Virus record (IMG/VR): IMGVR_UViG_3300030433_001358
Span: 1-64,000 of that record
Direction: 5' to 3' (one strand)
Origin: a virus
Taxonomy: Duplodnaviria; Caudoviricetes
DNA: 64,000 nt
The notes under the pieces were generated by a model. It worked only from the letters and a program-made list of their open reading frames with translations, was not told the origin of the DNA and ran no database searches. The position numbers and the translations under genes were made by a program. This document shows positions 1-8,908 of this stretch, one piece after another. How positions within the stretch are numbered: the stretch's first letter is position 1; each line of letters opens with the position of its first letter.

Positions 1-86
1 TAATAGTCGTCTGGGTCTTTGTGATCTTGTTCACATAGCCATCGAGCATACTGCTCTACAAGTTCTTCATATTTATCCCAATCCAT
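1..86 (-). CDS. hypothetical protein, runs off the window edge
   Basis: ATG at 86 after GGGGAAAG and the promoter at 117-145; open to position 1 (MDWDKYEELVEQYARW...). Confidence 0.5.
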   Translation of the reverse strand, partial: MDWDKYEELVEQYARWLCEQDHKDPDDY

Positions 87-116
87 TTCTTTCCCCAATT
101 GATTTAACACATGCCT

Positions 117-145
117 ATAATAGAAAAAGCCCCCGAAGCTGTCAA
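117..145 (-). promoter_or_regulatory. sigma70-type promoter
   Basis: Minus strand TTGACA (145-140), 17-nt spacer, TATTAT (122-117). Confidence 0.65.
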
Positions 146-157
146 GCTAAGGAGGCT
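124..157 (-). terminator. intrinsic terminator overlapping the promoter
   Basis: AGCCTCC/GGGGGCT stem followed by TTTT on the minus strand. Confidence 0.6.
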
Positions 158-202
158 CTAAATATTTCTATCATGTCTCTTGCTCTGATAGAGAATTGTA
201 AT

Positions 203-403
203 CTATTGACCCATTCGGTCTGGGTATAATGACCAAGACATATCGTTGATTTTATCCTTCAGACCCTCAATGATCTTCTCAGCTTCCTCTCGATCAACTA
301 ATTCTTTACTGTACAAAAACCCTTCTGGCGTAAACCCTACACAACCCTCTGACCACTCAATGTTACCGTCTTCGTCTGTTTCAATATAACAAACCGTCTT
401 CAT
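203..403 (-). CDS. hypothetical protein
   Basis: 66-aa ORF with GGAGGT SD, in operon orientation. Confidence 0.6.
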   Translation of the reverse strand: MKTVCYIETDEDGNIEWSEGCVGFTPEGFLYSKELVDREEAEKIIEGLKDKINDMSWSLYPDRMGQ

Positions 404-448
404 ACTATACCTCCAATTTAAATTTAACTGATTTACCTACTACTACTA

Positions 449-886
449 CTACAAAGTATCATAATTGTATTGTTCCATCTTCTCCACCACTACGTTTGCC
501 TTTCTCAAGATTTCAATACTGCCAGTATGCCTATACTCTGTTTTATAAACTACACGTTTGATTCCAGAACTAATCAACATCTTACAGCATTGCTGGCAAG
601 GGCTGTGTGTGAGATAGATTGTAGCTCCTTTCGCTGAAACCCCTTCCTTCAACATCTTATATAAACAATTCTGCTCCGCGTGGATTGTTATAGATTCATC
701 TGTTGTGTGCTCATCAATCTCACACACGTTAGGGAACCCCGGAAGAGTCCCATTAAAGCCACAATACAATCCTCCGTTTTCTGTCAGAATAGCTGCCCCC
801 ACCTGAAGACGTTTGGCGTAAGACAGCTTTGCATGAGCCTCTGCTATGGTCAGATAACAGAGGTCTAAGTCTCCCTGACTAGCCAT
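449..886 (-). CDS. dCMP deaminase
   Basis: HAEQN and SPCQQC zinc-deaminase motifs, VGA and GFNG elements. Confidence 0.92.
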   Translation of the reverse strand: MASQGDLDLCYLTIAEAHAKLSYAKRLQVGAAILTENGGLYCGFNGTLPGFPNVCEIDEHTTDESITIHAEQNCLYKMLKEGVSAKGATIYLTHSPCQQCCKMLISSGIKRVVYKTEYRHTGSIEILRKANVVVEKMEQYNYDTL

Positions 887-1194
887 TACTTCTTAAACAC
901 CTCTTCAATAGCATTAAAGATTAGTGCATTAGCTTGCTCAAAATCTGCTGCTGAAAACTCATATTCGTATTCAGGCTCTTCCTCCGTCCCGTAATTTGTA
1001 AACTCTGGTTGGACAAGCCCTGCATCAGCAAGAGCGTTATAAAGATCAAAGTCCCAACCACTATTACCAAATGGACGCTTCCCTGAAAACCCTTCTCCCT
1101 CGTTCCATAATGTCCAAAGCAACATCTTCAAATAATCTCGCAGTGTTTCTGCTTCTGCGTCATTCACTCGCATTTTAATATCTAGAATGTTCAT
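886..1194 (-). CDS. hypothetical phage protein
   Basis: 102-aa ORF coupled to neighbours; distinctive EGEGFSGKRPFGNSGW segment. Confidence 0.7.
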   Translation of the reverse strand: MNILDIKMRVNDAEAETLRDYLKMLLWTLWNEGEGFSGKRPFGNSGWDFDLYNALADAGLVQPEFTNYGTEEEPEYEYEFSAADFEQANALIFNAIEEVFKK

Positions 1195-1206
1195 CTATTC
1201 TTCCTC

Positions 1207-1488
1207 CTATTTCAATCCTTTCAGTCTTGGTGAGAAGCATCTTCGTGTGGGTACACCAACTGCACTATACTCTTTACTGCCAGATTTATCAATAGAAAGT
1301 GTCTTCACTTTGAAGAACCCCTTTCCGTGTTGCTCATCTACATATTGTTGGGCTGCTTCCCTAGAACGTACATGAAGGAACACAAGTTGACCTAGAGAAT
1401 TAGTATAATGCCACTTAGAAGGTGGTTTGAAATCTTCATCTAGAGAGTCTTGATATTCTACTACTGTAGTTTTCACCTCTTTAGTCAT
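1207..1488 (-). CDS. hypothetical protein
   Basis: 93-aa ORF, GGAGGAG SD. Confidence 0.7.
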   Translation of the reverse strand: MTKEVKTTVVEYQDSLDEDFKPPSKWHYTNSLGQLVFLHVRSREAAQQYVDEQHGKGFFKVKTLSIDKSGSKEYSAVGVPTRRCFSPRLKGLK

Positions 1489-1612
1489 ACAACTCCTCCA
1501 ATTCTTGTTTAATGTTATGAGAAAGATTCTCCCCCATCTCCATCTCTAACCAAGAATCTTGGTGGGACAAGATTTCATTCATTTCTTCGTAGATTTGTTC
1601 TTCTTCGTTCAT
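1481..1612 (-). CDS. 43-aa acidic mini-protein (not in the ORF track)
   Basis: Translated by hand as MNEEEQIYEEMNEILSHQDSWLEMEMGENLSHNIKQELEELYD; ATGA overlap with the MTase stop; fills the gap exactly. Confidence 0.65.
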   Translation of the reverse strand: MNEEEQIYEEMNEILSHQDSWLEMEMGENLSHNIKQELEELYD

Positions 1613-2361
1613 TGTGCCCCCTTAACAACAAAAAGTTTCTCAACACCTTTCTTTGAACCTGTATTTTTGGTCAAAGAATTATTAACTTCTTTACTCCATA
1701 CACATTCAAAACGATCTTCAGGCATCCAATACTCACTGATAAAAACCTTATGCCCCTCTTTTGCACGATCTTCACACCAATCATAGAAACGGTCGTGATC
1801 AAAGCTGTCTTTATACTTAGTTGTATCACGGTATGGTGGGTCACAATAGATTGTAGCCTTTCCGCAACGACTAAAATCAATGTCAAATACAGACTTATTT
1901 TGGAAATGCACTCCAAGAAGATTCTTTTGTTGTTTTGCTAAACTCTCATAAGATTTACGACTTTGCTCCTCTTCATTAAAACGTTTAAGTTTTTGATCTT
2001 CTTTTGTACCAGCAACATCCCGTCGATAACCACCGAACCATTTTCCTCCAAATGACATAGCAAACCCAACATAGCCCGTCAAAGCTTTATTTTCATCTTT
2101 GTTATTACGAATATGTGTATAGTATTCCTCTGTAATTAATTTATTTGGCAACCACCCTTTACTTACAGCCTGCCACATTGCGATTAGATACTCATGTACA
2201 TCACAGCCAAGACGTTTAGGAGCCACTTGTGGAGACACTTTATCAATCATATTAGCACCACCAACAAAAGGCTCTACATACCACATATCCGAAGTGTGGT
2301 CTTTAAGGATAATAGGTAGCAACTCTTTTGCGTGACGTGCTTTTGACCCCATATATTTCAT
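1609..2361 (-). CDS. DNA adenine methyltransferase (Dam/D12 class)
   Basis: YMGSK start, YVEPFVGG SAM-binding motif, IYCDPPY catalytic motif. Confidence 0.9.
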   Translation of the reverse strand: MKYMGSKARHAKELLPIILKDHTSDMWYVEPFVGGANMIDKVSPQVAPKRLGCDVHEYLIAMWQAVSKGWLPNKLITEEYYTHIRNNKDENKALTGYVGFAMSFGGKWFGGYRRDVAGTKEDQKLKRFNEEEQSRKSYESLAKQQKNLLGVHFQNKSVFDIDFSRCGKATIYCDPPYRDTTKYKDSFDHDRFYDWCEDRAKEGHKVFISEYWMPEDRFECVWSKEVNNSLTKNTGSKKGVEKLFVVKGAQ

Positions 2362-2370
2362 AACACCTCC

Positions 2371-2667
2371 TCAAAACATCACTTGATTAAACAAGTCACT
2401 AGGATACTCCATGAATGTCACTTTGTCAACATTGCTATTCACTTTATAACGAAGACAGAATGTCCCATCTTCATTCTTGTTTACAAACTTAGCATAGCAA
2501 TATTCTCCAATGCGAATAGCTTGAATACTGTTCTTTGGTTTAGCTGATAGTCCATCATGTGTTACGATAGTGGCAACACCCGAGCAAGAATGCATGTGTT
2601 GCAAGAACAGACGATCAAACTTACGATTGGAGATTAGCTTACGTTCTCCTTGATAGCGGTTACACAT
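2371..2667 (-). CDS. hypothetical protein
   Basis: 98-aa ORF with GGAG SD, tightly packed. Confidence 0.65.
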   Translation of the reverse strand: MCNRYQGERKLISNRKFDRLFLQHMHSCSGVATIVTHDGLSAKPKNSIQAIRIGEYCYAKFVNKNEDGTFCLRYKVNSNVDKVTFMEYPSDLFNQVMF

Positions 2668-2678
2668 TTTGTTCTCCT

Positions 2679-2933
2679 TCAGTCATATTTCTCTTCTCCA
2701 ATATCCACCTTATAATCCAGCACTTCTTCGCTCTTACTAAGAATTGTACGTTCTGTTTGTTCAGCATAGATCAATGTAGATAGCTTTGTCAACAGAACAT
2801 CTGGAATCATTGGTAAGTATTCTACAACATCACAGTAGGCATTCATCATTAATTTACTAGAACACCCCATCTTGTGCGTACCATCTGTAGCACTACCACC
2901 GCATTCAGGACAACGAATATCCTCTATAAGCAT
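2679..2933 (-). CDS. hypothetical protein, possible Zn-binding N-terminus
   Basis: CPEC...H..GC motif, GAGG SD. Confidence 0.6.
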   Translation of the reverse strand: MLIEDIRCPECGGSATDGTHKMGCSSKLMMNAYCDVVEYLPMIPDVLLTKLSTLIYAEQTERTILSKSEEVLDYKVDIGEEKYD

Positions 2934-2942
2934 AGCATCCTC

Positions 2943-3236
2943 CTATTTAGCAACAATCCAGTACCCGTCAGTATTAAACTCTATGCTTTCATAACCATCG
3001 TACTCTCTGATCTTAAAGAGAGTTCCAGCTTCTACCCAACAAACTCGACAATCTTCTAAACCACCTAAGTATTCGTCAGGCCACCTACCTTCACAGTAAC
3101 TTTCCAACTCATCATGATCTGCACCTGATTCAATCATTACAGCAAGGGTCTGATCTAATGCCATTTCTTCATTCCCCCAGCTAGACCAACCAGCACCATA
3201 ACCGGGGCTATACACGATACCAATTTTCTTTTCCAT
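2943..3236 (-). CDS. conserved hypothetical phage protein
   Basis: YSPGYGAGWSSW motif typical of a widespread lytic-phage family; GGAGG SD. Confidence 0.7.
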   Translation of the reverse strand: MEKKIGIVYSPGYGAGWSSWGNEEMALDQTLAVMIESGADHDELESYCEGRWPDEYLGGLEDCRVCWVEAGTLFKIREYDGYESIEFNTDGYWIVAK

Positions 3237-3306
3237 AAAATCCTCCTTCTGTTTAAGAGATGGGAGCAGAGCGTAACCAGAATGTTACTCCCACCCCCTT
3301 TCTTTG

Positions 3307-4080
3307 TCAACTATCTTTTACTTCTTCTGTTGTTTCTTTCTTAGCTTTAGCTCGTGTCCGAGGATTAGGCTTAGGGGTAATATCGTATTTCTTGTGGAGA
3401 TTGTCAAGTGCTTTTGTCACTGCTGTACTAACAGCATCCTCAATCATTGTGGACAAGTCAAATTCTTGAATCTCTCCCTCCATCCCATCTGGTTCACATT
3501 CACCACACTGACAACCAGCTTGTTGACGAGCTTCTGCAAAATTCCCAAGACGTTCCATAATCTGATCAGCATCTAGGTACACGTCCATACCATTGATGAT
3601 GTTGTCAATTTCAGTGTCAGTTAAGAAATTTGAATACCGATCACGCATCAACTTGTGCTGTTGCTTACGCATGAATACGGCTTGTTCATAAGTCTCATGT
3701 TCTTTACCAAACGACATAGAACTTACTGTATGAGCAAAGAATTCAGCACTCTCTGATACACCCCATGTATGGCAGGCAAGGAAAATGAATGTAGCCATGC
3801 TCCCACAATCACTCTCAATAAATCCAACCACAGTTGCTTCTGACTCTGCAATGGCGTTGATGATCATATTACCAGTGCGTACTTGACCACCGGGACTGTT
3901 GATTCTAATAACAACCTCGTCCTGCGCTGACGCACTTCGGAGAATGTTGCACAAATCCAGATATTCTTCTGGATCACCAATCTCCCCTGTTAGGTAATAT
4001 TCATAACGAACACCACGAAACTCCGTAGTAAATGTCTTGTTTTGTTGCAGCAGTGGCATTAGTTTCATGTCTTCATTCAT
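3307..4080 (-). CDS. ClpP-like serine protease
   Basis: RINSPGG, GSMA (catalytic Ser) and downstream His (FFAHT), as in ClpP/crotonase-fold proteases. Confidence 0.8.
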   Translation of the reverse strand: MNEDMKLMPLLQQNKTFTTEFRGVRYEYYLTGEIGDPEEYLDLCNILRSASAQDEVVIRINSPGGQVRTGNMIINAIAESEATVVGFIESDCGSMATFIFLACHTWGVSESAEFFAHTVSSMSFGKEHETYEQAVFMRKQQHKLMRDRYSNFLTDTEIDNIINGMDVYLDADQIMERLGNFAEARQQAGCQCGECEPDGMEGEIQEFDLSTMIEDAVSTAVTKALDNLHKKYDITPKPNPRTRAKAKKETTEEVKDS

Positions 4081-4091
4081 ATTATTTCTCC

Positions 4092-4850
4092 TTATTTCCC
4101 GTGATTTTCTGTATAACCTGCCCCGGCTAGGTTGAGGCGTTCAATCATAACATCTCTAAGTTCACAAGCAGCAAAGAATGCAAGTTCATCTCCATACTTT
4201 TTGACAGAAAAGTACCGGCTTCTCTGTTTCCCGGCAGACTCATACCAAGATGCCACCCAATACCCATTACTATGCTTATAAACCCCATTAACTCCACTTG
4301 AGTTATTAGAATATTTTCCTTTATTTCTAGCCTGCTGTTCGTCGTTCGCCCACCTTACATTTCCTTCAATGTAACCTTTTGTATTATCTATACGATCAAC
4401 TGACACTCTCCCAACAAAATCATCAGGTATTTCTCCTATATCATTTAGGAAGTTCATAAAGTCAGAAGCAAAACTATCTGACATTCCTATTTTTGAGTAA
4501 GTTGGATACTCTTTTGAATTTTTATTCAGACACCGTTGTTTAATCCGTTTCCATGCTTTTTGTTCTCGTGTACCCGCCCAACCGTGCGTCTGGTATTTTT
4601 CTTTGAACTTTGCATTAGCCTCCTCCATATATTCTCGTTTTAAACAACCGCACGATTTAGTATCCCCTGCTGACAGTTCCACTGAAGTCACCTTTGTTTC
4701 GGCACCACACTCACATTTAGCCAACCATACCAAAGTTCGACGAGTAGGGTGTCTACCGACTAATTCAGTAACAGTCAACCTACCTGATACATATCCGGCC
4801 CAATCAGTAGAATTATAGGCAACCTTTATACCATTTATTTCTTTAGTCAT
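4092..4850 (-). CDS. free-standing HNH homing endonuclease with AP2-like C-terminus
   Basis: GRLTV...W..KCECG N-terminus; SVDRIDNTKGYIEGNVRW HNH motif; C-terminal GAGYTENHG. Confidence 0.85.
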   Translation of the reverse strand: MTKEINGIKVAYNSTDWAGYVSGRLTVTELVGRHPTRRTLVWLAKCECGAETKVTSVELSAGDTKSCGCLKREYMEEANAKFKEKYQTHGWAGTREQKAWKRIKQRCLNKNSKEYPTYSKIGMSDSFASDFMNFLNDIGEIPDDFVGRVSVDRIDNTKGYIEGNVRWANDEQQARNKGKYSNNSSGVNGVYKHSNGYWVASWYESAGKQRSRYFSVKKYGDELAFFAACELRDVMIERLNLAGAGYTENHGK

Positions 4851-4859
4851 ATATAGACC

Positions 4860-5639
4860 TCATTCATTATCATATGCTTTAATTACATCAATCACAACGT
4901 CATCTCGCATACATGCTTCAACAGGGAACTTATAGTAGCCAATATTATCATATTTTTTGCTACCGTCTTCATTAAAGAATCGTTTACGAGCATCTCGAAG
5001 CGCATTGCGACCATGCCCATTATCGGCATAGAGCTGACCACTGGAACCAAGAACAATCGTAGTGGTGTTATGACCAATCCGTTCTAATAGGAGCTTCAGG
5101 ATAAGAGGTTCTAGAAGCTGGCTTTCGTCGATCACATAAATACAATTTTCATAAGTCTTACCAAGTGCAAAATTTGGGATAGTAAAGATAATCCGTTTAC
5201 CTTCGTCTGCTTCCATCTTTCCTTTGCCAATAAAATCTACGAGTAGAGCTTTTGTAGACTCAAAGTGAGGACCAAGTTTATCAGATGTGTTAGCTTCACC
5301 CGGAAGAAAACCGATGCGGTCTTTACCCATCTCCGCTGGGGTACGAACGAATACAATCTTCTTGCCTACATCGGCCAGATACTGCTGGCAAGCAAAATAC
5401 AGGGCCGCTGAAGTTTTACCCACACCCGCTGAACTATCCACAAAGGTGATTCGGTGTTCAGCAATAACGTCAAGACATTCTTTTTGCCATTTACTCGGAT
5501 GAAAGGTTTTTACACCAACGCACTCAACCTCTGCACGACTAGATTGCTTTGGAAACTTATCAGCTCGACTTTTCTTACGCGGTACAGCCACTTCCATACC
5601 ATCCACTTCCATCATAACTACACGTTCACGACTTCCCAT
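4860..5639 (-). CDS. phoH: PhoH family ATPase
   Basis: SAGVGKT Walker A, VRTP..GFLPG, VIDESQ Walker B. Confidence 0.9.
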   Translation of the reverse strand: MGSRERVVMMEVDGMEVAVPRKKSRADKFPKQSSRAEVECVGVKTFHPSKWQKECLDVIAEHRITFVDSSAGVGKTSAALYFACQQYLADVGKKIVFVRTPAEMGKDRIGFLPGEANTSDKLGPHFESTKALLVDFIGKGKMEADEGKRIIFTIPNFALGKTYENCIYVIDESQLLEPLILKLLLERIGHNTTTIVLGSSGQLYADNGHGRNALRDARKRFFNEDGSKKYDNIGYYKFPVEACMRDDVVIDVIKAYDNE

Positions 5640-5694
5640 TATACTCCCTCCTCACTTCCATAAAAAGACTCTAGAAACTCAACATCTACTCCCA

Positions 5695-6165
5695 TCACCA
5701 ATCTCCTTGTAGCTTCAGAATGTTTGTAATCATTTGATTCTTCCCACGATTGAAACAATCTCGCACTTTAGCAGCAGCTTTAATCTCTTCATAGGACATA
5801 GCCTCAAGCTCCTCTCGTGTGTAGACAACATTAGCTTCGTGATCTTCTTTGAACATTGTAATGCGTTTTGTTCCAACAATGTTGTAATTGATTGTATTCA
5901 TTTCAAAGGAGTATCCAGACAGAATGTGACGTTGTACAGCAAACATAAACATCATACTATCATATTCCTCAATTACTACTTTAGGAGGAGCATCTTCATC
6001 TGTCAAGGTTACAACATCATATTCTTCTTTGAACATATCCAAGCTGTAGTGTGGATATGTAAAGAGATATGATTTATTAGGAATAAGGCGATAGCCATCC
6101 TCAATAAGTTCTTCCATCTCAAGCAACAGCTTTACAATATTTGTTTCAATAATTGTTTGTTTCAT
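5695..6165 (-). CDS. hypothetical protein
   Basis: 156-aa ORF, GGAGG SD. Confidence 0.7.
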   Translation of the reverse strand: MKQTIIETNIVKLLLEMEELIEDGYRLIPNKSYLFTYPHYSLDMFKEEYDVVTLTDEDAPPKVVIEEYDSMMFMFAVQRHILSGYSFEMNTINYNIVGTKRITMFKEDHEANVVYTREELEAMSYEEIKAAAKVRDCFNRGKNQMITNILKLQGDW

Positions 6166-6369
6166 TTAGTCCTCCCGTCCAGCAAATAGAAATACATACA
6201 TTAGAAATACAGGCCAAAACAAGCTACAAAGGAATAATCCTGTTTTCATGGCTTGTTCAGGAATCTCTGGAGGAGATGTATCATCCTTCCATTCTTTCGT
6301 CATTCCTTGGTGAATGATAAAGCCAATCACGCAATAAAGCAATACACCTAATACGACATATGTAGTCAT
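6166..6369 (-). CDS. small membrane protein
   Basis: Two hydrophobic segments; FWP motif. Confidence 0.65.
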   Translation of the reverse strand: MTTYVVLGVLLYCVIGFIIHQGMTKEWKDDTSPPEIPEQAMKTGLFLCSLFWPVFLMYVFLFAGRED

Positions 6370-6623
6370 TTATATTTCACTCCTGCTTTGTCTAGAGCCT
6401 CTATAACTTCTTCGTAAGTCAGGAAGTCGTTACACATCAGACTTGATCCAAACGGTTTTGGTAGACTCACACACAATGCCTCACGAGATGCTTTCCATGC
6501 TCGCCAGCAGAACTCGGTATACCCCGAAGCATAATTCTTGCTACGACTAAATGGCTTGCTCACATCATGATGTTGTGTCTTTGCCCATTTCTCAAACTCC
6601 TTCCGCAATTCATCTTCGTTCAT
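6366..6623 (-). CDS. hypothetical protein
   Basis: 85-aa ORF with overlapping start and stop codons. Confidence 0.7.
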   Translation of the reverse strand: MNEDELRKEFEKWAKTQHHDVSKPFSRSKNYASGYTEFCWRAWKASREALCVSLPKPFGSSLMCNDFLTYEEVIEALDKAGVKYK

Positions 6624-6880
6624 TGCTCACCTCCCAGCATCAAATAGCGTTTGTTGTAATGTTCAGCATCTTCTTTTACATACGGATTACCACGAAAGTC
6701 CGTATAATCCCATAGATCACCACACGTATCGTATTGATTGCCTTTATAGTCTGTACGGAAGTCAACAGTACGCGGTTCTCCCATCTGACTGTACATGCCT
6801 CCACTTCCAATACAGTACACCTGAACAATAGCTTCTTGGTCTTGTGTTTGCAACCACTCAATCATTTCTTTTACGTTCAT
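6620..6880 (-). CDS. hypothetical protein
   Basis: 86-aa ORF, first gene after the leftward promoter, GAGG SD. Confidence 0.7.
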   Translation of the reverse strand: MNVKEMIEWLQTQDQEAIVQVYCIGSGGMYSQMGEPRTVDFRTDYKGNQYDTCGDLWDYTDFRGNPYVKEDAEHYNKRYLMLGGEQ

Positions 6881-6938
6881 TTAGTTCTCCTCTCTACGTT
6901 ATGTTACACAACATGTAACTTTCTGTTTATTAGCCTAT

Positions 6939-6966
6939 ATTCTACCACACTTTTCAGATTTGTCAA
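6939..6966 (-). promoter_or_regulatory. sigma70-type promoter (leftward)
   Basis: TTGACA (6966-6961), 16-nt spacer, TAGAAT (6944-6939). Confidence 0.6.
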
Positions 6967-7008
6967 TCCCTTCAGAGGAAAGTATTTTCATTTATTTTAT
7001 GTGTAGGG

Positions 7009-7037
7009 TTGACATTTGGCAGAAATTAGGGTAGGCT
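7009..7037 (+). promoter_or_regulatory. sigma70-type promoter (rightward)
   Basis: TTGACA (7009-7014), 17-nt spacer, TAGGCT (7032-7037). Confidence 0.5.
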
Positions 7038-7240
7038 ATTGCAAATCAGGTGTCAAATCTATCACTAAAACACCTGTACAAAAATTAACCAAAAATAGGG
7101 TAAAATTCAAATACAAGGTAGTAAAAAATGGCTACAGCCCTAGTGCCACGGGGGTTTAGGTCTAAAAGTGTTGGACAATACAGTACCTACCTATTACTAC
7201 TACTACCATTATTACTACATATATATACAGGAGTACATTA

Positions 7241-8593
7241 TTGATTTATGATTTGAGTAAGATGAATGACCTAGACGTACACACTCTGTCTCTAGGTTGT
7301 GTAAAGAGCTATATCTATTACCATGACTCTAAATACTACAAACACATAACGGAACATTTCCTATCCCTAACAGGTGGGAAGTATGAGAAGGGGGTGAAGT
7401 GGTTTGTATCCAATATGGCAAGAGCTATGAGAAAGGGAGCACAAGGATTCCGCATATCCTTAGATGGTCATACATACACAAACAACAAACTGAAGATTGG
7501 GTTTCGTGGGGTGAAAGGGTTTTTAGAGATTCTTGAAGAAAGGGGGTATATTGACATTTACAAAGGTACTGTCTTGCATTGGAAAGTGGAAGGTGGTAAG
7601 CGCATGCCTGAACAAATCATCCCATCTTGTATTATATTCAAAGCAAGGACTATAAGTCTGTGGGGAGGAGTTAAGATTCCTAACTTATGGAAGGAGCTTG
7701 AGGATGCAGCTTGCGTAGAGATCAGGAACAGAGAGAGTCGAGATCAGATCAGCACAAAAGGAAAGAATGGTGTCAAAGAAGTGAGGAACCAAGTGATTAA
7801 ATATAATGATAGTTTGTCTGGTGCTAACATCCTTTTTGATGGTAAGCCGATTGCAGATGTAGAGTATAAGAGGGTGTTCTTGGATTCAATACATATTGCT
7901 GGGAGGATTTATGCTCAAGGAGGTGGTGTGCAACTGCTACCACAGAAATTACGTTCTGAGAGATTGACAATTGATGGAGAAGCTGTTGTTGAACTTGACT
8001 ACAGTGCCATACACCCTAACATCTGTTATCAGCTTCTGTTGACTTGTGACGGATTTAATGTTAAGGATGTTATGGGAGATGATTTCAGTCCTTACGGGGC
8101 TGACCTATCTTTTATTGAAGTTAATGAGGAAGCTGTTAAATACAAAGAGTCCATTACAGGTAAGAAGCATGATCCTCTGCGTAACTTGGCTAAGATGGCT
8201 ATCTTGATTGGTATGAATAGTGCAGATAAAGCTCAAGCTGTAGCTGGGTTGTCTAACAAGATTAGGAATGATAGTGATAACCCTGTAGCTAGTCAGCAGT
8301 TCTATGGTCTTGGTAAGATCAGTTCTCAATCTGTGTTAGACGCATTGAAAGAACATAACGATTTTATCTCCAATCAGTTCTTTTCTGATAGAGGTGTATT
8401 CTTACAGAATACAGATAGTAAGATTATGATGGAGGTTGTTGACATTATGATTCAGAAGGGTCATACTATCCTGACATACCACGACTCAGCTATCGTAAAG
8501 AGTAGTGCAGAAGAAGACCTACGAGAAGCAATGATAGCAGCTTGGTTGTTTGTAATGGGAGATACTACGTTTTGTAAAGTGGATAAGAAATAG
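7241..8593 (+). CDS. family-A polymerase-fold protein without an exonuclease domain (TV-Pol/ssRNAP-like candidate)
   Basis: GRIY, motif A ELDYSAIH, motif B-like LRNLAK, motif C YHDS; 450 aa; TTG start after AGGAG. Confidence 0.6.
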   Translation: MIYDLSKMNDLDVHTLSLGCVKSYIYYHDSKYYKHITEHFLSLTGGKYEKGVKWFVSNMARAMRKGAQGFRISLDGHTYTNNKLKIGFRGVKGFLEILEERGYIDIYKGTVLHWKVEGGKRMPEQIIPSCIIFKARTISLWGGVKIPNLWKELEDAACVEIRNRESRDQISTKGKNGVKEVRNQVIKYNDSLSGANILFDGKPIADVEYKRVFLDSIHIAGRIYAQGGGVQLLPQKLRSERLTIDGEAVVELDYSAIHPNICYQLLLTCDGFNVKDVMGDDFSPYGADLSFIEVNEEAVKYKESITGKKHDPLRNLAKMAILIGMNSADKAQAVAGLSNKIRNDSDNPVASQQFYGLGKISSQSVLDALKEHNDFISNQFFSDRGVFLQNTDSKIMMEVVDIMIQKGHTILTYHDSAIVKSSAEEDLREAMIAAWLFVMGDTTFCKVDKK

Positions 8594-8601
8594 GAGACTA
8601 C

Positions 8602-8895
8602 ATGAAATACACAGGACAGATACAAGAGTGCAGAGTGCTGTATGACAATCCATTTGACCTATGGCATCCTCTGTTCTTGGTAACAGATAGACAACAGATA
8701 GAACAATGTCTAATGTCACTACCGTGTGTTCCAACAAGAGATGCATTTTTGAAAGGAATGATGAGATTGACAAGGGGGAATATCAATCCTGCACTTGTGC
8801 TTGAGGTGTATGATAGTGTAGTGAGTGATGTTGTACTTGACACAGAGCTAGAACACATTATACTAAACAACATAGATGATCTGTATGAGGAGTGA
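8602..8895 (+). CDS. hypothetical protein
   Basis: 97-aa ORF, AGGAG SD. Confidence 0.7.
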   Translation: MKYTGQIQECRVLYDNPFDLWHPLFLVTDRQQIEQCLMSLPCVPTRDAFLKGMMRLTRGNINPALVLEVYDSVVSDVVLDTELEHIILNNIDDLYEE

Positions 8896-8908
8896 GGAGG
8901 ATTACTGA

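Noticed and set aside
437-451. Alternative genetic code with TAG reassignment
   Set aside because: All core genes are intact in code 11 and TAG is used as a normal stop; no suppressor tRNA seen
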